DNA of 64,000 bases from Octopus bimaculoides (GCF_001194135.2 NC_069004.1:20980611-21044610); one strand, 5' to 3'; positions 12,685 to 26,320 are shown, numbered from the stretch's first letter. Numbers and translations are program-made. Notes: generated by a model from the sequence alone, not told the origin.

Positions 12685-12884
12685 TCTTTTATCTTTTACT
12701 TGTTTCAGTCATTAGACTGCAGCCATGCTGGGGCACTGCCTTGAAGAATTTATAGTCAAATATTTCGACCCCAGTACTTTTTGTTTTAAGCCTGGTACTT
12801 ATTCTGAATTGCTAAGTTATAGGGATATAAACACACCAACACTGGTTGTTGAGTAGTGGAGATGGGGGGAGGGGACAAACACAG

Positions 12885-12942
<58 letters not shown>

Positions 12943-13095
12943 GACAGGCTTCTTTCAGTTTCTGTCTACCAAATCCACTCACAAGGCTTTGGTCAGCCTA
13001 AGGTTATAGTAGAAGACACTTACCCAAGGTGCCACACAGTGGGGCTGAACCCGGAACCATATGGTTGGGAAGCAAGCTTCTTACCACACAGCCAC
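12685..13095 (-). mobile_element. Full-length SINE family A
   Basis: Collinear homology to 2378-2772. Confidence 0.88.
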
Positions 13096-13779
13096 ACCTG
13101 AATCTGTACACACACACATACACACACCTATATACCCAGGTTCTCATCATCCACTGCAATCCCCACTCCTTACTTGTACCTTCTAGGCAATACCTGGCCA
13201 TATATTTTATGACCTCCATACCTTGAGGGCATGTCCTAGCAATTGCCACCATCTATCTCTCTCTTCCTAACTTTACCATCATATCTATGCTCTGATCCTT
13301 ATCACTTGTGAGTATACCCTGGCACTTCACCACCATCTCTCTCCTGCTCTGTCTTGCACTTTTGCTGTCTCTCTCACTCCCTCTCTCTCTTTCCCTTGCT
13401 CTTTCCTCTGGATGGGTAGCCATGTTTTTCCTCTACAGCAGCACACCTGTTTCTTCCTTCATTCTTGATAACACTCTCTTCTCTTGCTCTTCACTGTGGC
13501 TAGATAACCAAGTAACTCCTTTACATCAGCACATCTGTTTTTGTCCTCTTTTCTCTTCTTTCTCTCTCTCTCTCTCTGGTCAGTTAACCATGTATCTCCT
13601 CTATAGCAGACACCTGTTTCTGACTTTCTGTTTCTCTGTCATACTCTAACCTTTCATTGTCTGACACAAGATCACCTTCTCCAATGCCCCTCCCCACCGC
13701 CATGCAAGATACCTGTTTCTACCTCTGTCTCACTTTTACACTCCTCCAATGTCCCCTCCCCTCTCAAAATTTCTTGTCT

Positions 13780-14110
13780 TGCTAGTTACTTGGTGATCCT
13801 GCCAGTGCTGGTGCCACATAAAAAAACATCCAGCCCACACTGAACTAGTTGGCATTTGGAAGTGGATCCACCTGTAAAAACCATGCTAAAACTGACCTCA
13901 TCTGTGCTTGGTGCCACATAAAAAGCACTCAGTCCATTCTGCAGGGTGGCTAGTGTTAGGAAGGGCATCCAGCCATAAAACTCATGCCAAAACAGACACA
14001 GTAACCTAGGATAGTCTTCTACCTGGCTGGCTCCTGTCAAAGTGTCCAACTATGCCAGTATGGAAGGCAGATGTTAAACAATGATGATGATGATGATGAT
14101 GTTGATCATC
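13780..14110 (+). mobile_element. RTE 3'-UTR/tail-derived repeat ending in (GAT)n
   Basis: TTAGGAAGGGCATCCAGCC...CCATGCCAGTATGGAAGGCAGATGTTAAACAATGATGATGAT. The same tail ends the RTE copies at 45445 and 61254. Confidence 0.8.
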
Positions 14111-14412
14111 GTCATCATCATGGGCAACAACTCCTACTTGTTATCTCTCTTTCATTAGACATGGCCATGTCCAAATTTTAAAATATACATATAAATACAT
14201 ACATATATGCACATCCATACAGAATATGTGCACACACACACACACACACACCTGCATTACCCATTTTGTTGTGTTTGAGTATGAGCATATGACTGAGGAG
14301 TTCCACATACTTTCACATATTTTGGGGCCAAACTTAGTCCATGGGATTGTGTATTCATAAGTTTGTGTATATATTTTTCTGTGAATCATGCAATATCATA
14401 CACACATGCAGT

Positions 14413-14451
<39 letters not shown>

Positions 14452-14454
14452 ATA

Positions 14455-14830
14455 GCACCAGCACCATCCCAGATATAGGAGTAGTACTTGTAGAGTGTCT
14501 GTAAGTGTTGGCTGTTAAAATATTTTCTGACCCAGAAGAGAAAGGCCAATCTCTGAGATGCAGTCCTAGCTATATTAAATATATGCTTTCACCAGGAAAG
14601 GTCTTCTAGGATAGTGAGGCCCAGTATTTGGAGTGACTGAGAGAGCTAGCTGTGTATTGGTCATGTTTAGTGGCAGGGGTCTGTTGTGATTTTGTTTTCA
14701 TGATATGAGAAGTGCTTGAGATTTTAAAGGCTATCAAAATGTTTAAGTTAAAACCTTCCATCATAATTTTATTTAAGAAGCTTTTGTTTTCAATCAGAAA
14801 TAGCTGAATCACTGTCAGAACTAGAGAAGT
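14455..14830 (-). mobile_element. CR1/L2-like LINE RT C-terminal fragment, decayed
   Basis: LQILGLTILEDLSW ... FLFWVRKYFNSQHLQTLYK..YSYIWDG resembles the RT thumb region of CR1-group elements. Confidence 0.6.
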
Positions 14831-16019
14831 TTCAGTTATGGAAGCAAGGTCTAGAATCAAAGGGCCTTAGAGTTAACCAAACAAAAACCAAGGTCTTAGT
14901 AAGTAGGAAGACAGACAAATCACAAATCCCCTCAGGTAGATGGCCCTGCTTGATATATTGAAAAGGTGTAGGTAGAAACTCCATAAGATGCACCTAGTGC
15001 AAGCTATGGACACGTAAGAGGTGCAGCAGTATCAGAGGAAGGTTAAGAAGGAAACTAGCTTTTGTGTGTGGAAGATGCACAGGTACAATAAACACTGAAA
15101 AAATACAGAAAATAGACTCCCTCAACTGCCATGGAGGTAAGCTAAGGGTAGTAGATAGCTTCTGTTATCTAGGTGACCAAGTTAGTAGCAGAGGTGGATG
15201 CTCTAAGAGCATAGCTGTGAGAATAAGAATAGGCTGGACAAAGTCCAGAGTGAAAGGTAGATTGTATGATGCCTGTGTGCAAACAGCTAAGCTACACAGC
15301 AGTGAAACATGAGCTGTGACTGCTGAGGCCATGCATAGACTTGAAAGGAATGAAGCCAATATGCTTCACTGAATGTGCAATGTCAGTGTGCATGTATAAC
15401 AGAGTGTAAGCATCTTGTGGGAAAAGTTGGGCATAAGAGGCATCAGATGTGGTATGCAAGAGATACAACTGCACTGATATGGTCATGTGGTGCACATGGA
15501 CAAAGACAGCTGTGTAAAGAAGTGCTGATCTCTACCTGTGTAGGAAACCTATGGTAGAGGTAGACCCAGAAAGACATGGGGTGAGGTGTTGAAACATGAT
15601 ATTTGAACTTTGGGCCTCACACAGGCAATGACTAGTGTCCTAGACCTTTGGCAATATTCTGTGCTTGAGTAGACCTGTCAAGCAAAGCAGCCAATACTGG
15701 TGACATGAGGAACGCTCCTTTCAAGGGTTGGGCCTCACGGAGGCAATGACGAATGATCAAGACCTTGGCATTATGTCATGCTTGACCCATCAAACCAAGT
15801 AAAATCACAGTCATAGCAGATACTGGTGTCATATAAATGGCACCTGTGCCAGTGCCATGTAAAGCCATCCATTACATTCTCAGAGTGGTTGGCATTAGGA
15901 AAGTCATCTGGCCATAGAAAACCAAGCCAAATCAGACTGGAGTCTGGTGTAGCCTTTCAGCTTGCCAGCCCTGGTCAAACTGTCCAACCCATGCCAGCAT
16001 GAACAACAGACGTTAAATC

Positions 16020-16063
<44 letters not shown>
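14831..16063 (+). mobile_element. 5'-truncated RTE LINE 3' end with 3' UTR and (GAT)n tail
   Basis: WKQGLESKGLRVN..TKV, CGRC, VVDSFCYLGD, KGRLYDACV..HSSET, GRGRPRKTW; tail at ~16018-16063. Confidence 0.9.
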
Positions 16064-16519
16064 AGCATAATGATGAAAAATAAAGCTATTTTTCAAAACT
16101 CTGCAAAGTTCTCAAATATTTATGATATTAATAGAATGATATAAACAGTGTATATAATTGGAATTATGGTCATGAAAGAGTAGAAAGAAAAAACGAAACA
16201 AAACAAAACAAAACAAAAGTAAAATAAGGCAAAACAATCTGTGGTAGTTATTGGTGGTCATACAGTGAAGTTTGTGAGGTTGGCTATGCTTATGAGCTAA
16301 AGAAACTGCTTTCCCTAAAAGCCTTCTGTCTCTATAAGACACTAACACATTCCAACTCAGAAACATTTCTTTAAAATATTCAGCTTCATAAGATGCTAAA
16401 CATAAATGATTTTAAAACAGTTATACATGAAATTGTTAACAAATGCTGAATCATATAACAAAGTATTTGCAAAATAAAATAGAAGAATCAAAATAGAAAA
16501 AATAATAAAAAAAACTAAC

Positions 16520-16601
16520 TCCTTCTTGTCCTGGAGTGTCCCATATCTGGAACTTGTATGTAGTACCATCTAACTGGATTGATTTTGATAAGAAACTAGA
16601 A
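16520..16601 (-). CDS. Rab-family small GTPase, G3 exon, 82 nt
   Basis: Acceptor TTTTTTATTATTTCAG|. The first nt completes the Gly codon, then SSFLSKSIQLDGTTYKFQIWDTPGQEG (WDxxGQ G3 box). Donor GGA|GTTAGT (phase 0). Confidence 0.93.
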
Positions 16602-17299
16602 CTGAAATAATAAAAAAGAGAAAACACAATATAAATTAAGCATTTTAATTTTTTTTTTTAACTAGATATAAAAAGGAAAAAACTTAATTTCAAAATCATT
16701 ATTTTTGAGAAGGGAAAGTATTACACTTTCAATTATTTTACCTTATAAAATCATACAGTTGTTGGTTTGAAGGCAATGGCTACGTGAAACAAATTGATCA
16801 TAAAAAGTTTCTACCATATGACTTTCATATCTCCAGCCATAAAGATGTAAAGGACAAAAAGTGTGTCAGAAGTGAACTGGCTGGAGATAACCCTTAATGG
16901 TGAACATTAATGGGGTTCAATAAAGTACTAGTCAAGTAGAAGAGTATCAACATAATCAACAGTTCCACCACCACCACCACCACTACTTGTCCCCATTTAT
17001 CAAACTATATCAGTAGCACTAGCCATGCATTGATTGAGACTTTGGTTCCTTGATAGGTCAAACAATTAACTATTTATGCATACTAGTGCTGAGTAAGGAA
17101 GCTTTTGCATTGGAACCTAGAGAAGAAAAATAACTGAAGGAACCAGGGCATGACATAGAATCAAGTGAAAAAACGCATTGTACATAATGCTTTGGAAGAT
17201 TCTGTGGAGAATTTATATTCCACCAGGAATCCAAAGATTCCAAACACATCTTCATTGTGATGATGATGAAGGCTTCAATAACTGTTATTTAATGTCTAG

Positions 17300-17855
17300 C
17301 TTTTATCTTTTACTTGCTTAAGTCACTGGACAGAACTATGCTGGGACAATGCCTTGAAGGATTTTAGTCAAACAAATAGTCCCTAGAACTTTTTTTTAAA
17401 GTCTGGTACTTATTCTATCGGTCTATTTTGCCAAACTACTAAGTTACAGGGACATAAACCAACACCAATTCCAAGCAGTGGGGGAGGGGATGACAAACAC
17501 AAAAGCACACACACGAGAAGCTTCCACACAGTTTCCATCTACCAAATCTACTCTCAAGGCATTGGTTGGCCTGGGGCTACAGAAGAAGATGCTTGCCCAA
17601 GGTGACGCATAGTGGGGCTGAAACCAAAACCAAACATTCCAACTTTCTTTTTTTACTATATGATCTTGCATATTCTTATTGTTATTTCTGAAATCATCCA
17701 GCCAACATGGGCCTAAACATTGGTTGTGTGGTTAAGAAGTTTGCTTCATATATATCTTGTTCTGGGTTCAGTTCCACTAAGCAGCACTTCAAGCAAGTAT
17801 CCTCTACCAAAGCCTTGGTTCAGCAATATTTTGTAAGTGAAATATAACACAGAAA

Positions 17856-17905
<50 letters not shown>

Positions 17906-19155
17906 GCGTGCGTGCATTCACATGTGTGTGCAAATATATATTTCACCAATGTTAATCAGTAAAGGTTGTAAAGATTGGCAAGAAAACTGAAAAGTTGGTG
18001 TTTTGGGACAGCGTCCTCATTGATATTTGTTCTGCATGGGGTTACAAACACTCTCTATCACTTTCAGCACTATAAATGCAATAAATCATTGATTGGTCCA
18101 TTAGAAATGTGAAACCAATGACACTATATCCAGAAGGAGGATTCAATAACACCCAACCAAGCATGGCTATTCATTTGGACCACTCCATATTCCCAGAAAG
18201 TAGATTCCACATAATGTCACAATCCACTTGGTCTCTCTCATTAGGCTACATCCAAATTTATTCAAGCAGTCACATGGAGTGAATGCTTAGAGAAATAAAT
18301 CAAGACTAGTAAACAAAATAGACACAGATGTGGCTGTGTGGTAAGAAGTTTGCTTCCCAACCACATGGTTCAAGGTTCAGTGTGGCACTTTGGGCAAGTG
18401 CCTTCTACTATAGTCTCAGGCTGACCAAAGCCTTGTGAGTAGATTAGGTAGACAGAAACTGAAAGAAACTCGTCATATATATATGTGTATGTGTGTCTTT
18501 ATGTCTGTCCCCCACTACTGCTTGGTGTTGATATGTTTATGATCTTTCTAACTTAGCAGTTCAGCACAAGAGAACAATAGACTAAATACCAGTTTAACAA
18601 AATGTAAGTACTGGAGTTGATTCATTCAACTGAAAATTCTTCAAGGCAGTGCCCTAGCATGGCAGCAGTTTAATGACTGAGACAAGTAAAAAAAAAAAAA
18701 GAAAAGAAAAATCAACTCCACCACTTGCTGGATATACAGCATATAATGTGGTAACTCAGAGTTTCTGATCCAGTTTCAATCCTCGGCTAAAACAAATTTG
18801 TTTGTCTCATCGTTTATCTTTCATCTGTTTCAGTCATTCAACTATGGTCTTGAAGGGTTTTCATTGAACAAATCAATCCCAATACTTAATTTTATTAATA
18901 ATATTTACCAAACTGCTAAGTTACGAGGATGTAAAAAAACCAAGACCAGTTATTAAGTGGTGGAATGAATAATTACAAATCCAAAGATACACACACACAC
19001 ATGATGGGCTTCTCTCAGTTTCCATCTACCAAATTCACTCACAAGGCATTGGTTAACCCAGAGCTATAGTAGAAGGCACTTTCCCAAGGTGCCATGCAAT
19101 GAGACTGATCTCAAAACCACGTGGGTGCAAAGAAAGCTTCTTAACCACACAGCCA
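17300..19155. mobile_element. Cluster of SINE family A copies in alternating orientation (~17300-17620 -, ~17720-17860 +, ~18328-18690 +, ~18810-19155 -)
   Basis: Homology to 2378-2772; boundaries approximate. Confidence 0.82.
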
Positions 19156-19923
19156 TGTCTATAATGGACCTTAAGTAAAGAAAACATTTCACTATAACCA
19201 ACAGTCTTGGGTCTTGTGTCAATATACAGTCTACTAGAAATAACAGTCAAACTCCTTTAAATTACACTCTCATGAAAAATTTTTTAAAAAGGGGAAAAGA
19301 AGGATGTGCAGAATAATGTAGTCCTACTAAAAGATTGGATGCGAGTGGAATTTTTTTGAGCATATATCTGTTTGATCATAAACAACCTGCAGCTAAACAA
19401 CAACTACAAGATTGGTTTTTGAAAATAAATATGTATTTGAAATGTATTAAAAAAGGCAACAATCAAAATTACAACCTAAATTTTAAAAAAATAAATATAT
19501 ACAAAATATAGAATGTATAGAATAAAATAAAAACATAGTTTTAGCACCAATTTTGACAGAGAAAAGAGCAACAAGTACTACCAACATCAAAGAGCTTGTT
19601 GCTTGACTGTGTCTCAAGTTGGTGCTTATAATGGACTGTATTTCATGGCATAAAAGATGCATGGCCAAATTAGAAAAACTTCAATTTCATCAGCTCATAT
19701 TCAGGAAAACAGTTTTTAGTGCATTAAAGCTTATTGCATGCCCAACTTCACATAGGGGTGGTTCTTTTAAGATTTTTTTGGGACACACGCACACACACAC
19801 ACACACACACATGCAAAAGAGTATGTCTTATATGCCATCAAATATAGTATGTTTTCCATTAAAACCACAGCAAATAATTCATGAAGTGAAAGATGTTTTA
19901 AAATGGTTAAAATATTTATTTAC

Positions 19924-20003
19924 CCTAAATTTGTGTCTATGGAACCAGTAAAATGTTCAAGTGTCATACGGAAGAGCATGCTACTTTTGCCAACTCCTCT
20001 ATC
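19924..20003 (-). CDS. Rab-family small GTPase (Rab22/Rab31-like), P-loop/switch I exon, 80 nt
   Basis: Minus strand: acceptor TTTTTTGTTCTTTTGAAG|, exon translating to DRGVGKSSMLFRMTLEHFTGSIDTNLG (G1 GxGKS), donor GG|GTAAAT (phase 2). Joins in frame to the 16520-16601 exon. Confidence 0.92.
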
Positions 20004-20081
20004 CTTCAAAAGAACAAAAAAAAACAAACAAACATATATTCTTAAGAATTATTGTCTGCAATAATTAACATCATCTTTACA

Positions 20082-20122
<41 letters not shown>

Positions 20123-20364
20123 CATGCAAACATGCATGCACACATACACACACACACATATGCATGCACACATACATAGACACATTATTTCAAACAGCTG
20201 AATAAAACATAGCAGTTAATTGCAACTCATTTTCTTGTATTTCTTTCCAGTGTTTATACACAACTCATTGAAACCAAGAACTTGTAATTATATCAGAATC
20301 TGAGACACACCAATCAACCAACTAAAAGTTCATAATACATTAATGTTTATATTTATCATGTTTT

Positions 20365-20752
20365 TTCTTTTACTTGTTTCAGTCATTAGACTGCGGCCAT
20401 GCGGGAGCACCACCTTCAAAAAGTTTTAGTCAAATGAATTAACTCCAGAACTTGCATTTTTTAAAACCTGGTACTTATTCTATCAGTCTCTTTTGCCAAA
20501 CCACTAACTTATGGGAATGTAAACACACCAACACCAGTTGTCAAGCAATGATAGAGGATAAACACAGACACATACACACAAACACACACATATATACAAT
20601 GAGCTTCTTTCAAATTCCATCTACCAAATCTACTCACAAAGCTTTGCTTGACCTAAGACTATGGTAAAAGACACTTTCCCAAGGTGTCATGCAGTGTAAC
20701 TAAACCTGGACCCGTGTGGTTGGTAAGTGAGCTTCTTACCACACAGCCATGC
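20365..20752 (-). mobile_element. Full-length SINE family A
   Basis: Collinear with 2378-2772. Confidence 0.86.
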
Positions 20753-21816
20753 CTGTGTTATTAATACAAAAAAAAAAAAAAAATCAAGCAAACATATAAG
20801 TTATTGTGGCACAATGACAGTGAAATCAAAGTGTTGGATTACTAATGATTAGGCTAGAAGCTCAAATCATATTACTATCATAGTGGTTTTACTTCTGAAA
20901 AAGGTAATTAACTGACTGCATCTTTATACATGAGTTGTTAGTGGTAGAAATAAGCGATTGTACATAAATTGTGCAAATTGCTCTAATGACCCAATAAGTG
21001 TGTCTCTCATATGCTATTTGCTCTGCAAGAAATGGCAACTAAATCTCCCTCAAAAATTGCATTCTATCACAGGAGAGGCCATATTGGATATAGTTATGAA
21101 AAGTTCAAGTCAAAATAGATACTAGTGGAATGTCTTTCAACATAGGTCTGCTGGATTAGAGTTAACATGGGATTAAACAACAATAACTACTCCAACAGAT
21201 AAGCCATTCCATTCATGTACAAAGAAAACAGGCGATAAATCTTCATCTTTGCAGTTTAGTCAATTAGCACATCTGTTTGTTAACTAAGACTGGTAGTTCA
21301 AGCCCATCCAGAAATGATAGCTTTAAACTTCTAGGCACAGACATAGCTGTGTGTTTAAGAAGATCACTTTGCAACCACATGGTTTTGGAGTTCAATCTAA
21401 ACTTGCTCTTGGGCAAATCATCATTATTATCATTTAGCATCTGTTTTCCATGCTGGTATGGGTAAGATGGTGTGACTGGAACTGATAAGCCAGAGAGCTG
21501 CGCTAGACTTCAGCCTGTTTTGGCTTGATTTCTACAACTGGATGGCCTTCCTGATGCCAATCACTCAAAAGAGTGTACTGGGTAGATTTAACATGTCACC
21601 AGCATGGATGCTTTTACATGTCACTGGCATGGGTGTCTTTTACATATCACCAATATGGATGCTTTTAGATGTCATCGGCACAGGTGTCATTTGCATGTCA
21701 CTGGCACAGGTGCCTTTTATGTGTCACTGGCATGTACTTTACATGTCTTCTACTATAGCCCCAGAGCAACCTATGCTTTGTAACTAAATTTGAGACAGAA
21801 ACTGAGTGGAAGCCTG

Positions 21817-21865
<49 letters not shown>

Positions 21866-22070
21866 TGTGTGTGTGTGTGTGTGCTAAACAATTAGTGCTT
21901 GTTTCTTTACATCTCCATAACTTAGTGGTTCAGTAAAAAACATGAATAAAATAAGTGCCAGATATTAAAAAAAACAACCTAAGTATTGGTATCTATTCAT
22001 GTGTCTAAAACTCTTCAATGACAAACAATATATATATATATATATATATATTTTTATATATATCTGTGGA

Positions 22071-25000
22071 ATAAAGTTACAACATGGTCTGGTTTTCATG
22101 TTTTTTATTATAGTATTTTAAAAACATTTTTTACAATGTTGAAGTGTGTTTAAACATTAAAAAAATATTTTGTAATGTTTATGAAGTTCAATTAGTGCTT
22201 TGATACATTTGTTGTAATCATCAGATTTTAAAATGTATTTAACTGACAGCTGAGTTCTTCATAACTGTAGTAAAATGACTGACTTCTTCTTTTTTGTACC
22301 TTTTACAAGGCTCCAACAGGCTGAATTTTTGGAATACAGTTTTGACTAATCAGTACGTCATGGTTTGCTGGGCACACCGATATTATTGGCATAGATCCTG
22401 CCCTTATTTTAACCAATTTGCTTGCACTTTACTTGTAATGGTTTTATGAGTGAGCAAACAGTTGGTTTCAATCGTTTTTATTTCAGTCTGTGGGAATCTT
22501 CTGTAATTTGTTTATATTCATATGTTAAAGATATTGTTTAATCCACATCATTAACTGGTTGTTATATTATTGTTGTTATTTTCATTCAGAAGAGTTTTGA
22601 ACATTTTAATAAAACGTTTTTCTTTTATCTTTCTTCCAACCTCATTTGTGTCGTGTAGTTTGTGGAAAGGAAAAATTAGAAACATTTTCGGATCCATATG
22701 TTTCTCTATGTTTGCTCAATGGAATTTAGCGAACATTAGTGTTCCCAATTTGCTGTCTGTGGATTTGTGAGCATTCTGATAATGCATTCCCTGTCTCGTC
22801 AATATATATTTCCTCACAATTAGGGCATTTAATGCAGTAGATCAAATTTCTGCTTTTGTAGTTCATATCTACATTTGTGAAAATCTGTCCCTGTTTTGTT
22901 CTAATGGATCTATCAGTATGCAAGTATTGACATGTTCCAAACCTGTTATCATTACACTTGTATACTGTGAATGTTCTATCCTGTTTGATCATATTGAATT
23001 TTGCCTTTGTTAATAGTTTCTTTAAGTATGTAGTTGCCTTTTGCTTAAGATATGTGTTTGATTAGTTATAAAGTTTTTTACTTTTTCACTTTGTTTCATG
23101 ATTGGCAAATTTGTTTTAATGATGTTAAAAATGTTTTGGTGATGTGGATTGTGTGTTACTAGAAATGGTATTGTGTTCCGTTGATGGGTCCGTCTTTCTC
23201 ATGTTGCCCTAAGTTCTTCAATAGGTATCTATTTTGCTCATTGTATGCTATTTTCTGTAAGTAGGAGAGGGTATTTTTGCTTGAGCAGAAATCCTTTGAG
23301 TTCTATAAGTCGTGTGTTCCTGGTATTTGCATCATCCACTATAGTTCAAAATTTCCTGGCTAGACAGTACAGGATGCTGCATTTTGCGAGTGCTGAGTGG
23401 CATGATTTGAAATTTAGGGACTGGTGTGTATCTGTGCTTCTGTAATAAATATCAGTTGTGGTTGTGGTGTTGTTTTTAATTACCATTATGTCAAGAAATG
23501 GCAAATGTGTGTTGCTCATTTCTCTCGTAAATTTGAGACTGGGGTGTAACTTGTTGGGGAGGGTGTTGAATTCTTCCAGATTTTCTAGGGATTTGGTCCA
23601 AATTAGGAAACAATCTTCGAGGTATCTTTTCCGTGTGTTTGCTACATGTTTTCTAAAATTCATGCCATAGTTTTCTTCAATTTTTTTAATATAGATTTTG
23701 TTCCAAGTATCCCAATACTGAGCTCGCAAAAGCTGGAGCATATTGTGTCCCCATAGCTGTGCCTCAAATTTGGAGGTAATTTTTTCCATTGAAAACGAAT
23801 GTATTGTTTTCGAGGATGAGGCTGAATGTTCGTATATAAATTTGTTAAATCAAAACTAACAATGAAGTGGATTCAGTTGTTTTCAGCAGATGTGACAGGA
23901 AATCAATGTCATCCTGAATGAAACTGGGTATGTCACTTCATAGTGGTTTTAGGATAATGTTTTAGGTTGCTCAGACGATGTGTCGGACGGGCTCGACTAG
24001 CTATAATGGGTCTTAGGTTAAGGTCTTTTGGTTGTAGTAGTTTTATATATTCACTACCTTGTTCCTTTATAACATTTTGTATTTCTTTTGAATTATGTAT
24101 TTTAGGTACACCATAGAAGTTGCTGGATTTCGACTTAAAATTGGTAATATAGTCCCTTTCATTAGGAGTGAGAGAGTTATAATGTTTTAAGACTAAATAA
24201 TCAAGTTTTCTCATGATGCGGTGGTCAATATTTGAGGGTATTTCACGGTAGAATGTTGTAGTTTTCAAAAGATCTTCAGCTAGAACCCGGTAATATTCCG
24301 TATCCATTACAACAATGGCATCCCCTTTATCCGCTTGTTTGATGACAATTGTGTTGTCATTTTTAAGACAAAAGGGCAGACTTTTCTAGTTTTTAAATGT
24401 TTGTTCTGACATTGATGTTATGCCTCAGTGGAAATCTGGAAAGGATATCAATGAATTGATCTAGATGTATATTTTGTCCTTTTGGCAGGTTAAATTTTGA
24501 TTTATTTTTCGCCAAGGATTCGTCATTTTCATTAGTTTTATCAATAAAAACTCCACAAGTCATAGTTTCCGACAAAAGTTCTGGATATCTTCCTCTAATT
24601 CCTGATGGTTGACTATAGGTGTAGGTGTGAATTTTAGTCCTTTCATCAATAATTAAAGTTTGTCGCTGTCTATATTTCTTTTTGACAGAGTAATAATTTT
24701 AGGGTCTATTCTATCAATTGTTTCTTCTTGGACTTTTTCTTCCTCTGGTGTTTGCTGTTCTGACCCTAAAAAATAGATTCCTTTTTGTCTATTATTTCTT
24801 CTGTTATTAACATCTTTTCTCTGGTGAGCTTTGTATTTTGGTTGTGGTCAGAAAATGTTTCTAATTTTTATTCCACAAAGTATATGACACAAGTGGGGTT
24901 GGAAGAAAAATAAAAGCAAAACGTTTTATTAAAATGCTCACACTTGTTATAAATGGAAATAACAACAATAATATAACAACCAGTTAAGGATTAGTGGATT

Positions 25001-25475
25001 AAAAAATATCTTCAACATATGAATATAAACAAATTACAGAAGACTCCTACCAATTGAAATAAAAACAATCGAAACCAACTAAGTTTGCTCATTCATAAAA
25101 CCATGACATGTAAACCACAAGCTAATTGGTTAAAATAAGGGCAGGATCTATGCCAATAATATCAGTGCGCCAAGCAAACCATGACATTTAAGCTGCATGC
25201 TGATTAGTCAAAATCGTATTCCAAAAATTCAGCTTGTTGGAGTCTTGTAAAAGGTATAAAATGGAAAAAGTCAGTCATTTTACTACAGTTGTCAAGAACT
25301 CAGCTGTCAGTTAAATACATTTTGAAATCTGATTACAACAAACGTATCAAAGCATTAATTGAACTTTATGAGCATTACAAAATATTTTTTTAACACACTT
25401 CAATATTCTAAAAAATGTTTTTAAAACACAATAATAAAATACATGAAATCCAGACCATGTTGTAACTTTATTCAT
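22071..25475 (-). mobile_element. Near-complete Penelope-like element (RT + GIY-YIG, pseudogenised) with ~600-bp inverted terminal pLTRs
   Basis: LLMKGLKFTPTP, IVIKQADKGDAIVVMD, FYGVPKIH, LPFLDIMV, YYRSTDTHQSL, SRNLIYCIKCPNCEEIYIDETG. 22071-22668 is the diverged reverse complement of ~24871-25475. Confidence 0.92.
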
Positions 25476-25523
25476 TCAATTTATACATTACTCTATACAC
25501 ATTTACACAAATTTGGAAAATAA

Positions 25524-25584
<61 letters not shown>

Positions 25585-26027
25585 GGAGACAATGAGCACA
25601 AAAGAAGGCAGCATGAGAGAGACAAGTTTTAATAAATGTTGTATCAGTTTAATTTATATATGAGTGTGTGTATGTGTGCATATGTATGTATATACAGTAG
25701 TACAAGTTGTTATGTGCGAGTGTGGGTGTTCTGGTGAGAAATTGCAAATAAGTAGGTGTGTCAACAAAAACGTCTTTTGTGGTATTTATTCCACCCAAGA
25801 TCCATAGGCACACCCTCTTCACAATGATATTCTATTCTGGTTCATAAATACATAATATGTAAAATATAAAAATAAAATTCCAGCAGAGTTAAGAATTGAG
25901 AATGAACATGAGTGTCACCAAAAAAGAAACAAGGAAGACATGGGAGGAAGTTGCTGAGGTTGGATCTGAGTGTCAATGTTAGGACCTTAGACAAACTGAA
26001 ATATAGTATTGAGGATTCATAGAATAA

Positions 26028-26320
26028 TCATAATGTTGATGGTGGTGGTGTAATGATGATTAGGATGATGATGATAATGGTGTTGATGGTGATGATAATG
26101 GTTTTGATGATGATAGTGGTGATGATGGTAATGGTGGTGATGATGATGACAGTAGTGGTGATGGTAGTGCTGGTGATGATGAGTAGGAGGAGGAGAGGAA
26201 GAAGATCATGAGCACGATGATGACAAGAATCACTGCAACCATGACGATGATAATAATAATGGTGGTGGAAATGGTGGTGGATATGGTGGTAGTGGTGATG
26301 ATAACAACAGAAGTGTTTTA
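26028..26320. repeat. Compound (GAT/GGT)n trinucleotide low-complexity tract
   Basis: Direct reading. Confidence 0.95.

Noticed and set aside
22165-22240. CTGATGA...GAAC hammerhead-like words in the PLE pLTR
   Set aside because: GAAC instead of GAAA in both pLTR copies, the other copy also lacks CTGATGA, and helices I-III do not form.
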